Positions 1-9,968 of a stretch of 64,000 bases of DNA are shown one piece after another. The notes below the pieces were generated by a model. It worked only from the letters and a program-made list of their open reading frames with translations. It searched no databases and had not been told where the DNA came from. Numbering within the stretch: the first letter of the stretch is position 1; each line of letters begins with the position of its first letter. Source of the stretch: Bdellovibrionales bacterium (lineage in GTDB: Bacteria; Bdellovibrionota; UBA1018; CAIMNF01); contig JBEIJY010000006.1 of NCBI GenBank assembly GCA_040380025.1, positions 1-64,000 of the forward strand, given 5' to 3'. The position numbers and the translations under genes were made by a program.

Positions 1-282
1 CGCTTGCCCCTGTGTCCTAACACCACCTTTTTTCCCCTTACCCCCCTCCTCCTCCTGCCACTTTTTCCCATCCTTGCAATTACCTCTCCGCCCAAACTCC
101 TTTTTTTCTCTCACACATCCGCACTCGAGTGGTTCTCATGAATCTCAACTCGGCTGAGGTCCATCAGTTCCTTTTGGCCTCCGCCGGAAACGCGGCGAAT
201 CCGCCCGATTTTCCTCAATTTCTGGCGCGGTTCGGCCGAAAAATTAAGCGGAGTGTTGGAACCAAACCGTCGCCCATCGCAG

Positions 283-2115
283 ATGCCCTTGATCCGGACC
301 GCTTCCCGAACCTTCGGGGTGCGAACGGGCGTGGTTTTGCTCCTTGTCGCCCTGAGCGTGCTTCCCGGCTGTACCCCCCAGATTCTCGGACTCCGTCCAT
401 CCCAACGCGCGGCCCAGACACCCTCGAACCGCCTCGTGTTTACGACCGCCCCCTCGAACTCGACCACCGCGGGGAGCACCCTCGCAACCCAGCCCGTGGT
501 CACAGCCGAAGACCCGCAGGGGAACACCCTCACCGCCTTCACCGACAATGTCGCGCTCTCTGCGTACACTGACAGTTCGTGCTCCACCGCAATTTCCACC
601 ACCCCTAATGGGTCGAATCCCCTCGATGGCATCACGACCGAATCGGCCGTTCTGGGAGTCGCGACATTTTCAACAATTCAGATCAACCAGGCTGGAACCG
701 TGTACATAAGAGCGGAGGCCACGGGACTTACGAGCGCCTGCTCGGGAGCGATCACAGTAAGCGCGGATACACCTCGAAATTCAGAATCGACAACCAGTGT
801 TTCTAAAAGCATCGTGCTTGCGAACGATACCGCCACGTCGATCATCACCGTAACCCTCAAAGACACCTTCGGGAACCCTGTACCGAGCACCGCTGTTAGC
901 CTCACCTCCTCGCGCGTTGGCCTCGACACCATCACCCCCGCTTCCGGTACGACCAACTCCAGCGGACAAACCACCTTCACCGTAAAGTCGGGCACGGTAG
1001 GCACCTCGACCTTCACCGCAAACGATGACGACAACTCAATCAGCCTCGCGGACACGGCATCAGTTGGGTTTTACAACCAGGGTTTCAGTATTTTGTATGA
1101 GATCACCGACTACAACCTGGGCGGATCCACTTCGGCGCTTACGCTTTTGGATGGTGTTTTTTATGGAACGAATCACAGGGGCCCCACAGGGCAGGGGTCA
1201 GTATTTCGAATCGAACCAAACGGCACCGGATTTCAAACCATTTTATTCTTCAACGGTACAAATGGCGAATCCCCCCAGAATCCCCCCCTCGCCCTGAACG
1301 GAAGCCTTTACGGCACCACATCAAGCGGCGGCGACAATAACTTGGGAACAATCTTCAAACTCGAACCCGACGGCACGCTCACCACGCTTCATTCCTTTGA
1401 TGGCACAGATGGAAGCTCCCCTTACTCATCGCTCACCCTCTTGGGAGGCGCTCTCTACGGAACAACTGCTTCGGGAGGCTCAAGCAACCTGGGCACGGTT
1501 TTTAAAATCAACTCCGATGGGTCAGGATTTTCTTCCCTTCACTCCTTTGACGGAGCCAATGGAAGCAATGTTCGAGGCTCGCTGACCGTGAGCGGTGGCT
1601 CGCTTTACGGAACCACGAACGCTGGAGGAACTAATAATTTCGGGACCGTCTATAAGATCAATCCGGACGGATCCGGATTTTCGTCTCTGCATTCGTTCGA
1701 TGGAACCAACGGAAAGTACGCCACAAACTCTTTAACCGTAGCAGCAGGAGCTCTATACGGAAGCACCACAGGAAGTGGAGTCGGGGATTACGGAACGATA
1801 TTTAAAATCAACACAGATGGCACCGGCTTCATGAACCTACATTCATTCAACGATGCCAACGGGAGAACCCCCCATTCATTGCTTCTTTCTGGCGGTTCAA
1901 TTTTTGGTGCCACGAGCAGTGGAGGCGCAAGTAGTTTGGGAACGTTGTTCTCGATCGGAACCGACGGACTCAGCTTCACGAGCCTGCACTCGCTGGACGG
2001 AATCGTCGCCGGGGTACCTTCCTCAGGACTCGTCGAGTACGATGGAGTATTCTATGGGACAACTTCGGGCACAGTCGGCATCCGAAATCCCACCGTCTTC
2101 ATCTACATCCCATAG
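283..2115 (+). CDS. Lipoprotein with Ig-like (Big_1/invasin-type) domain(s) and seven GloVer-type repeats (probable beta-propeller)
   Basis: Lipobox-like LPGC after a hydrophobic stretch; Ig-like motif ITVTLKDTFGNPVP; seven ~48-aa repeats GxLYGTTxxGG...GTVFKI. ATG 283 preferred over GTG 253. Confidence 0.8.
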   Translation: MPLIRTASRTFGVRTGVVLLLVALSVLPGCTPQILGLRPSQRAAQTPSNRLVFTTAPSNSTTAGSTLATQPVVTAEDPQGNTLTAFTDNVALSAYTDSSCSTAISTTPNGSNPLDGITTESAVLGVATFSTIQINQAGTVYIRAEATGLTSACSGAITVSADTPRNSESTTSVSKSIVLANDTATSIITVTLKDTFGNPVPSTAVSLTSSRVGLDTITPASGTTNSSGQTTFTVKSGTVGTSTFTANDDDNSISLADTASVGFYNQGFSILYEITDYNLGGSTSALTLLDGVFYGTNHRGPTGQGSVFRIEPNGTGFQTILFFNGTNGESPQNPPLALNGSLYGTTSSGGDNNLGTIFKLEPDGTLTTLHSFDGTDGSSPYSSLTLLGGALYGTTASGGSSNLGTVFKINSDGSGFSSLHSFDGANGSNVRGSLTVSGGSLYGTTNAGGTNNFGTVYKINPDGSGFSSLHSFDGTNGKYATNSLTVAAGALYGSTTGSGVGDYGTIFKINTDGTGFMNLHSFNDANGRTPHSLLLSGGSIFGATSSGGASSLGTLFSIGTDGLSFTSLHSLDGIVAGVPSSGLVEYDGVFYGTTSGTVGIRNPTVFIYIP

Positions 2116-2177
2116 CGCAATCGACTCCCCCCCTCCTTCAGCTTTTCAATCGCGCTTTACTCTGACACTGTCGACGT

Positions 2178-3695
2178 ATGAGCAAATCCGCATCCGGCAC
2201 CGTGACCCTCATTCTGGGCGATCAGCTTTTTGCAGACTGGACATCCCGCGAGCCCTTGCGACTTTCTTCGAACGACTTGGTCGTGATGATCGAAGACCCG
2301 ACCCTTGCGTCGCGCTTTCGCTACCACAAACTTCGAATCGTGCACAACTTTGTCGCCATGCGGGAGTTTCGCGATCAGCTGGTGGCGAAAAAAATCCCGG
2401 TGGAATATCTCGATCTCGCCTCGAGCAAAAACGAGGGGTTCTTCCCGCGCTTGAAAAAGCATCTTCCGCGCGGATCGCGGCTTCGAGTGGCCGAGATCGC
2501 CGATCGAAGCTTTCGAGCCGCGGTGACAGAATTCTGCGCGCGCTCCGGGGTCGAGCTCGAGGTTCTGCCCTCGCCGCACTTTCTTTGCTCGCATGAGCAG
2601 TTCCGCGCGTATCTCTCAAAATCGAAGCGCCCGTTCATGAAGACCTTTTACGAAAAAGAACGAAAACGACTGAATCTGCTTATGGATCGCGACGGGAACC
2701 CCATCGGGGGCCAGTGGAGCTTTGATGTCGAGAACCGAAAGAAGCCTCCCAAGGACTACCACGAGCCCGCGCTTCCCAAAATCAAAGCAAGCTCACATGA
2801 GGCCGAGGTGCGGGCCCTCGTCGAGCGGCATTTTGCCGATCACCCGGGCACAGCGGGGGCGCTGTTTCTCCCGGCCACACGAGCCAGCGCTCTGGATTGG
2901 CTCGAGAAGTTTCTCTCCGAAAGATTCGCGGATTTCGGTCCCTACGAGGATGCCCTTTCGACCCATTTCGAGACCATGAATCACTCCCTCCTCTCGCCGC
3001 TCATCAATTTGGGCCTCCTCTCACCCAAAGAAGTGCTCGATCGCGCGGTTGAATTCGGGCAAAAAAATCGTGTCTCTCTGCCCTCGCTTGAGGGGTTCGT
3101 GCGCCAAATCGCCGGCTGGCGCGAGTTCATTCGCGGGATCGACGAGAACTTCGGCGAACAGCAATCAAAAGCGAATTTTTTTGGTCATCACCGCACACTC
3201 ACCAAAGCCTGGTATGAGGGCACGACAGGAATTCCCCCGCTCGACGATGCGATTCATCGGGTACAACGCCGCGCTTACCTTCATCACATCGAGCGGCTCA
3301 TGGTCGTCAGCAATTTGATGCTCCTGAGCGAGGTTCATCCCCACGAGGCCTACCGCTGGTTCATGGAGATGTTCCTCGATTCGTATGAGTGGGTCATGGG
3401 CCCGAATGTGTTTGGCATGGGACTCATGAGCGACGGCGGGATCTTTGCCACGAAACCTTACATTTCAGGCTCGAATTACATTTTAAAAATGAGCGACTAC
3501 AAAAAAGGCCCGTGGTGCGAGACCTGGGACGGCCTTTACTGGAGCTTCATTGACCGGAATCGTGAGTTCTTCTTGAGGAACCCGAGACTTTCCATGATGG
3601 TCAAGCTCCTCGATAAAATGCCAGAATCAAAGCGCAAGACGCTTTTTGACGCCGCCCGGGAGTTCAAAGAAAAGCACACCCAAGCACCATCCTGA
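2178..3695 (+). CDS. Cryptochrome/photolyase family protein, PhrB/CryB-related (6-4)-type, lacking Fe-S cysteines
   Basis: LILGDQL N-terminus, GGQWSFDVENRK, FGPYEDA, HSLLSPLINLGLL, YLHHIERLM, TKPYISGSNYI. Confidence 0.9.
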   Translation: MSKSASGTVTLILGDQLFADWTSREPLRLSSNDLVVMIEDPTLASRFRYHKLRIVHNFVAMREFRDQLVAKKIPVEYLDLASSKNEGFFPRLKKHLPRGSRLRVAEIADRSFRAAVTEFCARSGVELEVLPSPHFLCSHEQFRAYLSKSKRPFMKTFYEKERKRLNLLMDRDGNPIGGQWSFDVENRKKPPKDYHEPALPKIKASSHEAEVRALVERHFADHPGTAGALFLPATRASALDWLEKFLSERFADFGPYEDALSTHFETMNHSLLSPLINLGLLSPKEVLDRAVEFGQKNRVSLPSLEGFVRQIAGWREFIRGIDENFGEQQSKANFFGHHRTLTKAWYEGTTGIPPLDDAIHRVQRRAYLHHIERLMVVSNLMLLSEVHPHEAYRWFMEMFLDSYEWVMGPNVFGMGLMSDGGIFATKPYISGSNYILKMSDYKKGPWCETWDGLYWSFIDRNREFFLRNPRLSMMVKLLDKMPESKRKTLFDAAREFKEKHTQAPS

Positions 3696-3771
3696 GCGTT
3701 CTCGAACGACTTCTTCTGCGATACGGCTTTTTGTTTCTGGCGGGCACAGGTACACTGAACCGGGGGCATGA

Positions 3772-5622
3772 ATGAAGGGTCATCAGAGTCTGTCTCGAGC
3801 TTTTCGGGTCTTTCTGTTCTGCCCTCCATTGCTGAGTGGTTGTTTTTTCGAGAACGAAAAGCTCTCCGCCGTGAACCCCGAATCGATCCAACCGGAGCCA
3901 TCGCGCTCGGAACGCGCTCCACCTTCCCCCTCTCATTTGGTTTTCAACGCCGCTCCCGCATTCTCAAGCCGGGCGGGAGGGGTTCTCGCCGCCCTCGGGG
4001 TTGCAATAAAGAACGATCAAGATGAAACCGTGATCTCTTCCCCGGCGAACGTCACTCTTCATGTGTATTCGGACCGGTCTTGTTCGACCGAAATCCCCGC
4101 TCACACTCCGAACGGATCCGCCTCCGTGAGTGGCACCTTAACCCGGTCAGCCGCTTCGGGGGTCGCGACGTTTACTGACATCGTGTTGAATCGAGCCGGG
4201 GTGGTCTATCTGGGGGCATCGAGTGCGGATCTTGCGAGCGCATGCTCCGGTCCGATTGCGTTTTCTTCCGGCATACCCAGTAGCATTGAATCTTCGGCAC
4301 GATCCTCAAAAAGCATCGTCCTCGCCAATGGCGCTGCCACATCGACCATTACGGTAACGATGAACGATGCATACGGCAATCCGGTGCCCGATCTCACGAT
4401 CAGCCTGGATTCGTCGCGAGGGGCAAAGGTCGACACGATCATCCCATCCTCAGGAGTCACAGATGCGAGCGGGCAAGTCGCATTCGCCGTAAAATCAAGC
4501 TCGCTGGGTACTGCTACCTTCACCGCAACCGACACGGGCAATTCGTTCACCCTCCGCGACACCACCTCGGTTGGATTTTACCATCAGGGATTCAACATCT
4601 TGCATGAGCTCACGGATTACAGCGTCGGAGGAAGCACCTCTTCGCTCACGTTTTTCGAGGGCTCTTTGTATGGCACTCACTCGTACGGAATCACCTCTTT
4701 CGGGGCCGTGTTCCGGATCGACCCGAGTGGGGCGGGATTTCAGACCGTTTATTCTTTTTCGGATGCAAGCACCGGCGATCGGCCCCTGGGCGGCCTGATC
4801 GCCCGGAACGGAAGTCTCTACGGAACCACATCGAACGGTGGCGCCCACCACTCAGGAACGATTTATAAAATGAATCCCGATGGCACGCTCCATCGCATTC
4901 ACGATTTCAGCAGTACAAACGGCTGCGAACCGCAAGGCACACTGACCCTCTCGGGAGATGTGTTGTATGGTGTCACTGCCTCGGGCGGTTCAGACAATCT
5001 TGGTTCGGTGTTTCGAATCAATGTCGATGGTTCCGGATTCGCCACGATCCATTCGTTTTCGGGGTTGAACGGGCAAGGCCCTCATGGCTCCTTGGTGATG
5101 AAGGACGGCGTGCTCTACGGAACGACTTTTTCCGGCGGCCTCCACGGTTTCGGGACGGTCTTTAAGATCAACACCAATGGAACGGATTTCTCGGTTCTTC
5201 ATTCGTTCGATGGAAGAGCCGGGGTTTATCCTGCGAGCTCTTTGAGCATCGACGGAGGAATCCTCTATGGCGCCACCGAGGGCGACGACGGCGAAAACAG
5301 CTACGGCAGTATCTTTGCAATGAACCCGGATGGCACCGGTTTCACAAATCTACACTCGTTCAATAACGAGAACGGAAGAGAGCCTCGCCCGCTCCTCCTT
5401 TCGGGAGGCTTGATTTTTGGGGCCACACACAGGGGAGGACCCACAGGCGGCGGAAGCTTGTTTTCGATCAAACCCGACGGCTCGAATTTCACGAGCCTGC
5501 ACCACTTCGAGGGTCCGGCGGTGAGCATGCCGTCATCGGGAATGGTCGAGCACGACGGGGTGTTCTACGGGGCGGCAAGCGTTCCCTATTCGCAGCCCTT
5601 GCTCTACGTTTACATCCCTTAG
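3772..5622 (+). CDS. Paralogue of 283..2115: Ig-like plus seven-repeat beta-propeller lipoprotein
   Basis: LSGC lipobox; colinear motifs (SKSIVLAN, ITVTMNDAYGNPVP, SVGFYHQGF), seven repeats, same YIP C-terminus. Confidence 0.8.
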   Translation: MKGHQSLSRAFRVFLFCPPLLSGCFFENEKLSAVNPESIQPEPSRSERAPPSPSHLVFNAAPAFSSRAGGVLAALGVAIKNDQDETVISSPANVTLHVYSDRSCSTEIPAHTPNGSASVSGTLTRSAASGVATFTDIVLNRAGVVYLGASSADLASACSGPIAFSSGIPSSIESSARSSKSIVLANGAATSTITVTMNDAYGNPVPDLTISLDSSRGAKVDTIIPSSGVTDASGQVAFAVKSSSLGTATFTATDTGNSFTLRDTTSVGFYHQGFNILHELTDYSVGGSTSSLTFFEGSLYGTHSYGITSFGAVFRIDPSGAGFQTVYSFSDASTGDRPLGGLIARNGSLYGTTSNGGAHHSGTIYKMNPDGTLHRIHDFSSTNGCEPQGTLTLSGDVLYGVTASGGSDNLGSVFRINVDGSGFATIHSFSGLNGQGPHGSLVMKDGVLYGTTFSGGLHGFGTVFKINTNGTDFSVLHSFDGRAGVYPASSLSIDGGILYGATEGDDGENSYGSIFAMNPDGTGFTNLHSFNNENGREPRPLLLSGGLIFGATHRGGPTGGGSLFSIKPDGSNFTSLHHFEGPAVSMPSSGMVEHDGVFYGAASVPYSQPLLYVYIP

Positions 5623-5625
5623 CCT

Positions 5626-5646
5626 CAAGCCAAAGAACCCGGCTTG
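5626..5646. terminator. Short hairpin between convergent genes
   Basis: caagcc-N9-ggcttg in the 34-bp gap; no U-tract. Confidence 0.25.
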
Positions 5647-5656
5647 GATACAACCC

Positions 5657-8563
5657 TCACTCCACAGGACCGCAGCTACACACCAAGTTCCGATCTCCGT
5701 ACACGTTGTCGATCCGGGCGACCGACGGCCAGAACTTCCTCTGCCGGAGCTCCGGAAGCGGATACGCCGCCTCCTCGCGGGAATAGCCGAAGGCCCACTC
5801 GGTCGCGGTGACCATCTCGGCCGTATGGGGCGCGTTCTTGAGCGGGTTGTTTTTGCGATCGAGCTTTCCGGTTTTGATTCGCTCGATTTCTTCGCGAATC
5901 GACACGAGTGCGGCGATGTAGCGATCGATCTCGGGCTTCGACTCGCTCTCGGTCGGCTCGATCATGATCGTGCCCGCCACGGGGAACGAAACCGTCGGTG
6001 CGTGGAATCCGTAATCCATCAGGCGTTTCGCCACATCTTCGACCTCGACTCCCGTCTCGGCCTTGATCGGACGAAAATCCAGAATGCACTCGTGCGCCAC
6101 GAAGCCCGCTTCGCCGCGATAAAGCACCGGGAAGTGCGGCTCGAGCTTTTTTGCCATGTAGTTCGCGTTCAGAATCGCGACTTCGGTCGCGCGCTTCAGG
6201 CCTTCGGCTCCCATGAGCTTCATGTACACCCACGAAATCGGAAGAATGCTCGCGCTTCCCCACGGTGCGGCCGATACCGCACCCATGGGCTTCTCGCCGC
6301 CCACGGGCGCACCCGAAATCTTCGCGAGCGAATGACCCGGCAAAAACGGGGCAAGCTGTTTTTTGACCGCGATCGGGCCCATTCCGGGGCCGCCTCCACC
6401 ATGCGGAATGCAAAAGGTCTTATGCAGGTTCAGATGGCACACATCGGGTCCGAACTCACCGGGCCGGCAAAGGCCGATCTGCGCGTTCATGTTCGCGCCA
6501 TCCATGTACACCTGTCCGCCATGACGGTGAATGATCTCGCAAATCTCGCGAATCCGCGCTTCGAACACACCGTGGGTCGAGGGGTAGGTCACCATCAGTG
6601 CGCCCAGGCGCGAAGAATGCTCCGTCGCACGACGCTCGAGATCGGCCACATCGACGTTTCCGTCGCGGTCGCATTCGACCACCACCACCTGGAACCCCGC
6701 CATCACGGCCGATGCCGGGTTCGTTCCGTGCGCCGACTTCGGGATCAAACAAACATTCCGATGCGAATCCCCGCGCGACTCATGATACGAGCGGATCGCA
6801 AGAAGCCCCGCGTATTCGCCCTGTGAACCCGCGTTCGGTTGCAACGACACGGCATCAAACCCCGTCACATCGGCGAGCATCGATTCGAGATCACGGAACA
6901 GCTCCAAATACCCCTCAACCTGCCCCTTCGGCGCGGCCGGATGGATCTTCGAGAACTCGGGCCAGGTCACGGGGATCATCTCGACGGTCGCGTTCAGCTT
7001 CATGGTGCACGAGCCGAGCGGGATCATCGAAGTGTTCAGCGAGAGGTCTTTCTTTTCGAGCATCGACATGTAGCGAAGCATCTCGTGCTCCGAATGGTGC
7101 CGATGGAACACCGGGTGGGTCAGGACGTCGTCTTCGCGAACGAGCGCATCCGGAATCCGCACATGCAGTTCCTCGCGCGCAAGCGCGCGGGCATCGAGCT
7201 TGCCGTGCGAAAGCAAGCCCACGATTTTTGCAACCTCATCGAGCGTGGTCACCTCATCGAGTGCGATCGTGAGCGTCGATCCCTCATGACGGATGTTCAT
7301 GTCGTGCTTCAAGAACTCAAGCACCCAGCGCTTCGCATCGAGCTCGGAGCCGACCGCGAAGGTCACGGTATCGAAAAACTCGCGATGGGCAAGCGTGAAT
7401 CCGCTTTGCTCGATCGCACGGGCAAGAAGGGCGGCAAAGCCGTGCACGCGTTTGGCGATGCGGGTAAGGCCCGCAGGCCCGTGATAAACCGCATACATCG
7501 AGGCCATGACCGCAAGAAGCACCTGCGAGGTGCAAATGTTGCTCGTGGCTTTTTCGCGACGGATGTGTTGCTCGCGCGTCTGGAGCGCAAGACGGATCGC
7601 GGGCTTTCCGCGCAGATCTTTCGAGAGCCCCACAATTCTTCCCGGCATGGTGCGCTTGAAGTCTTCTTTGCACGACAAGAACGCGGCACTCGGCCCGCCG
7701 AATCCCATCGGCACCCCGAAGCGCTGAAAGCTTCCGACCGCGACATCGGCCCCGAGGGATCCGGGGCTCTTCAGGAGCAAGAGCGCGAGCGGATCGGTTG
7801 CGACCGTCACCATCAGGCCCTGCTCTTTTGCTTTGCGGATTTGTCCTTCGATGCCGCCCGCAATTCCACCGTGGGTGTCCGGGTACTGAAAAATCGCGCC
7901 GAACATCGAAGCATCAGGCGAGAACTCGCCCGCCGAAAACTCGCGCACCGTCACTCCGAGCGGCTCCGCACGGGTGCGGATCACTTCGCGGTTCTGCGGG
8001 TGAAGGCCTTTCGAGACATAAAAAGTTTTGCGGGCCGGGTCCTGCGAGAGCGCAAGGCTCATCGCCATCGCCTCGGCGCAAGCGGTGGCCTCATCGAGCA
8101 ACGATGCGTTCGCCACGGGAAGCCCCGTGAGGTCGATCGTCATCGTCTGAAAATTCAACAATGCTTCGAGTCGACCCTGCGCGATCTCGGCTTGATAGGG
8201 CGTGTACTGGGTGTACCATCCCGGATTCTCGAGAATGTTCCGGAGAATCACATTCGGGGTGATGCAATCGTAAAATCCGAGTCCGAGCAGAGAACGATGA
8301 ACGGTGTTCTTGGATGCAATTTTTTTCAGCGAGACGAGCACGTCGGTCTCGTTCGCGGCGGGCGTGATCGCAAGCGGGCTCTTGATCCGGATCGACTCGG
8401 GCACCGTCTTCGCCACGAGCTCATCGAGCGACCGCAAACCGAGGGTCTTTAGCATCTCGAGCTGGTCGGGAGCGGTGGGACCGATGTGACGGTCCGAAAA
8501 AGAGTGCGACTCGGCAAATGAGATTTTCTCAAGGATTTCAGCTTTTTTCGATGGCTTTTCCAT
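5657..8563 (-). CDS. gcvP: Glycine dehydrogenase (decarboxylating), glycine cleavage P protein
   Basis: [52 protein letters not shown]. Confidence 0.98.
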   Translation of the reverse strand: MEKPSKKAEILEKISFAESHSFSDRHIGPTAPDQLEMLKTLGLRSLDELVAKTVPESIRIKSPLAITPAANETDVLVSLKKIASKNTVHRSLLGLGFYDCITPNVILRNILENPGWYTQYTPYQAEIAQGRLEALLNFQTMTIDLTGLPVANASLLDEATACAEAMAMSLALSQDPARKTFYVSKGLHPQNREVIRTRAEPLGVTVREFSAGEFSPDASMFGAIFQYPDTHGGIAGGIEGQIRKAKEQGLMVTVATDPLALLLLKSPGSLGADVAVGSFQRFGVPMGFGGPSAAFLSCKEDFKRTMPGRIVGLSKDLRGKPAIRLALQTREQHIRREKATSNICTSQVLLAVMASMYAVYHGPAGLTRIAKRVHGFAALLARAIEQSGFTLAHREFFDTVTFAVGSELDAKRWVLEFLKHDMNIRHEGSTLTIALDEVTTLDEVAKIVGLLSHGKLDARALAREELHVRIPDALVREDDVLTHPVFHRHHSEHEMLRYMSMLEKKDLSLNTSMIPLGSCTMKLNATVEMIPVTWPEFSKIHPAAPKGQVEGYLELFRDLESMLADVTGFDAVSLQPNAGSQGEYAGLLAIRSYHESRGDSHRNVCLIPKSAHGTNPASAVMAGFQVVVVECDRDGNVDVADLERRATEHSSRLGALMVTYPSTHGVFEARIREICEIIHRHGGQVYMDGANMNAQIGLCRPGEFGPDVCHLNLHKTFCIPHGGGGPGMGPIAVKKQLAPFLPGHSLAKISGAPVGGEKPMGAVSAAPWGSASILPISWVYMKLMGAEGLKRATEVAILNANYMAKKLEPHFPVLYRGEAGFVAHECILDFRPIKAETGVEVEDVAKRLMDYGFHAPTVSFPVAGTIMIEPTESESKPEIDRYIAALVSIREEIERIKTGKLDRKNNPLKNAPHTAEMVTATEWAFGYSREEAAYPLPELRQRKFWPSVARIDNVYGDRNLVCSCGPVE

Positions 8564-8671
8564 AGTGGCACTTTAATCGAGAACCGCGCGGAGAGAAAGC
8601 GCTTCCAAAAAATTATTTCTTTCGGTACCTTCGCCTCTCAGCCGTCTTTTCGGGGAAAACTTGAGCAACAC

Positions 8672-9001
8672 ATGAATCCGCACCTTCGTTTACACGATTT
8701 CACGACATCGTATCAATCCGACGATTCCGCCCGCGACGCCCGTGAGTGGGTGAGCGCGTTCAACACCTCGATCCTCACCACCCGTGCCGCCGAGGCGAGT
8801 GCCAAGAAGGGCCCCGATCTCTCGGCCCTCATGCAGACTCCCGAAATCAAATGCCTGATTCTCGCCGCGCAAGATCTCTCGAATACTCTCGGAATCAGCA
8901 AAGAAGAAGCAACCGAGCGCATGATCATCGCATTCCGGAACTTCGACGCCGCGTGGACCCAGCTCGTGATTCGACGGGGTCTTCAGTCCATGCTCGAGTA
9001 A
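8672..9001 (+). CDS. Hypothetical small helical protein
   Basis: 109-aa ORF filling the gap, divergent from gcvP; no motif recognised. Confidence 0.65.
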   Translation: MNPHLRLHDFTTSYQSDDSARDAREWVSAFNTSILTTRAAEASAKKGPDLSALMQTPEIKCLILAAQDLSNTLGISKEEATERMIIAFRNFDAAWTQLVIRRGLQSMLE

Positions 9002-9008
9002 ATTCTGA

Positions 9009-9869
9009 TCAGGTGCGCAAGATGAAATCCCAACGAATCTGAACCACTCCCGATGAGTCGATCAGGCCTTTGGGCGGATTCGGGTACGGTCCCGCTTTGT
9101 TCAGGGCATCTACCGCCGCCTGATCCAGATCGAACGTCCCCGACTCTTCGATCAATTGCACGCGCAGGATTTCACCTTTCTCGTTCAACGTGACCAGCGT
9201 GCGCGTGATGTAATCCGAATTCGAGGCAAGGTGCCGCCCGGACTTCATGAGCCTCTGCACGTTGGCGCGCAAGATGGGCTGCCAGGCCGAATCGAGCTGG
9301 CGCCGGACACGCTCAAAGTACGAGTAAAATACGAATTCCTTGGTGTTCAGGGCCGAGAACTCGCCCTCTTTCATTCCCACGATGTACTGCCCGCCTCGGA
9401 GCATCTCGCCCGTCTGCGGTTCGGCCCAGTTCTTTTGCGTTCTAGGATCTGCCCGCGCCTGATGCGAAAGCTTCAATCCGAGATCGGCAAGCTTCACCCT
9501 CTTCGGCGCTGGGGCCTCCACTGCGGGGGCACCCGATCCCGGATTCAAAGAGCCCCGGAGCTCGCCCGGAGAACTCGCCGAGCGCTCTTCCTTCACCACG
9601 CGGGTGCGATCGCTCAGGTACGAATCCTTTTTGGCCTGATCGGATTCGCGGCCCGCCGAGCGCTGGACCACGGTCTTCCGGACATTCTGATTTTTTTGGA
9701 TTTCTTCGATCGTGACTTCGACCGGCTCTTCATAAAAGCGCAGGTTCGGAACATGGGCCGACAACCAGTACCCCATCAGCAAAATCAGCAGATGGAGAAC
9801 CAACGATCGCCGGAATGAGTTTTCTAAAACCCGAGTATCCACACCATGCCCTATCGACAAAACAGGCAT
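9009..9869 (-). CDS. TonB/TolA C-terminal domain protein (energy transducer family)
   Basis: N-terminal TM with SLVLH motif; C-terminal ESGTFDLDQAAVDALNKAGPYPNPP; start uncertain. Confidence 0.8.
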   Translation of the reverse strand: MPVLSIGHGVDTRVLENSFRRSLVLHLLILLMGYWLSAHVPNLRFYEEPVEVTIEEIQKNQNVRKTVVQRSAGRESDQAKKDSYLSDRTRVVKEERSASSPGELRGSLNPGSGAPAVEAPAPKRVKLADLGLKLSHQARADPRTQKNWAEPQTGEMLRGGQYIVGMKEGEFSALNTKEFVFYSYFERVRRQLDSAWQPILRANVQRLMKSGRHLASNSDYITRTLVTLNEKGEILRVQLIEESGTFDLDQAAVDALNKAGPYPNPPKGLIDSSGVVQIRWDFILRT

Positions 9870-9968
9870 CCTGCCTGAGCCCATTCTACACCAAGTGCAA
9901 CCCGTCAAACGGAGTCTGTTTTTCTGATCAAAGTTTCGCCCAAAATAACGCCAAGCGCAAGACCTGCG

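Noticed and set aside
1..120. Strongly pyrimidine-rich low-complexity stretch (possible G-quadruplex on the minus strand)
   Set aside because: At the window edge with no context; could be a noisy contig end. No function can be supported.
1081..2115. ~147-bp periodicity as a DNA repeat array or diversity-generating target
   Set aside because: Explained by protein propeller repeats; no reverse transcriptase or near-identical template repeat in the window.
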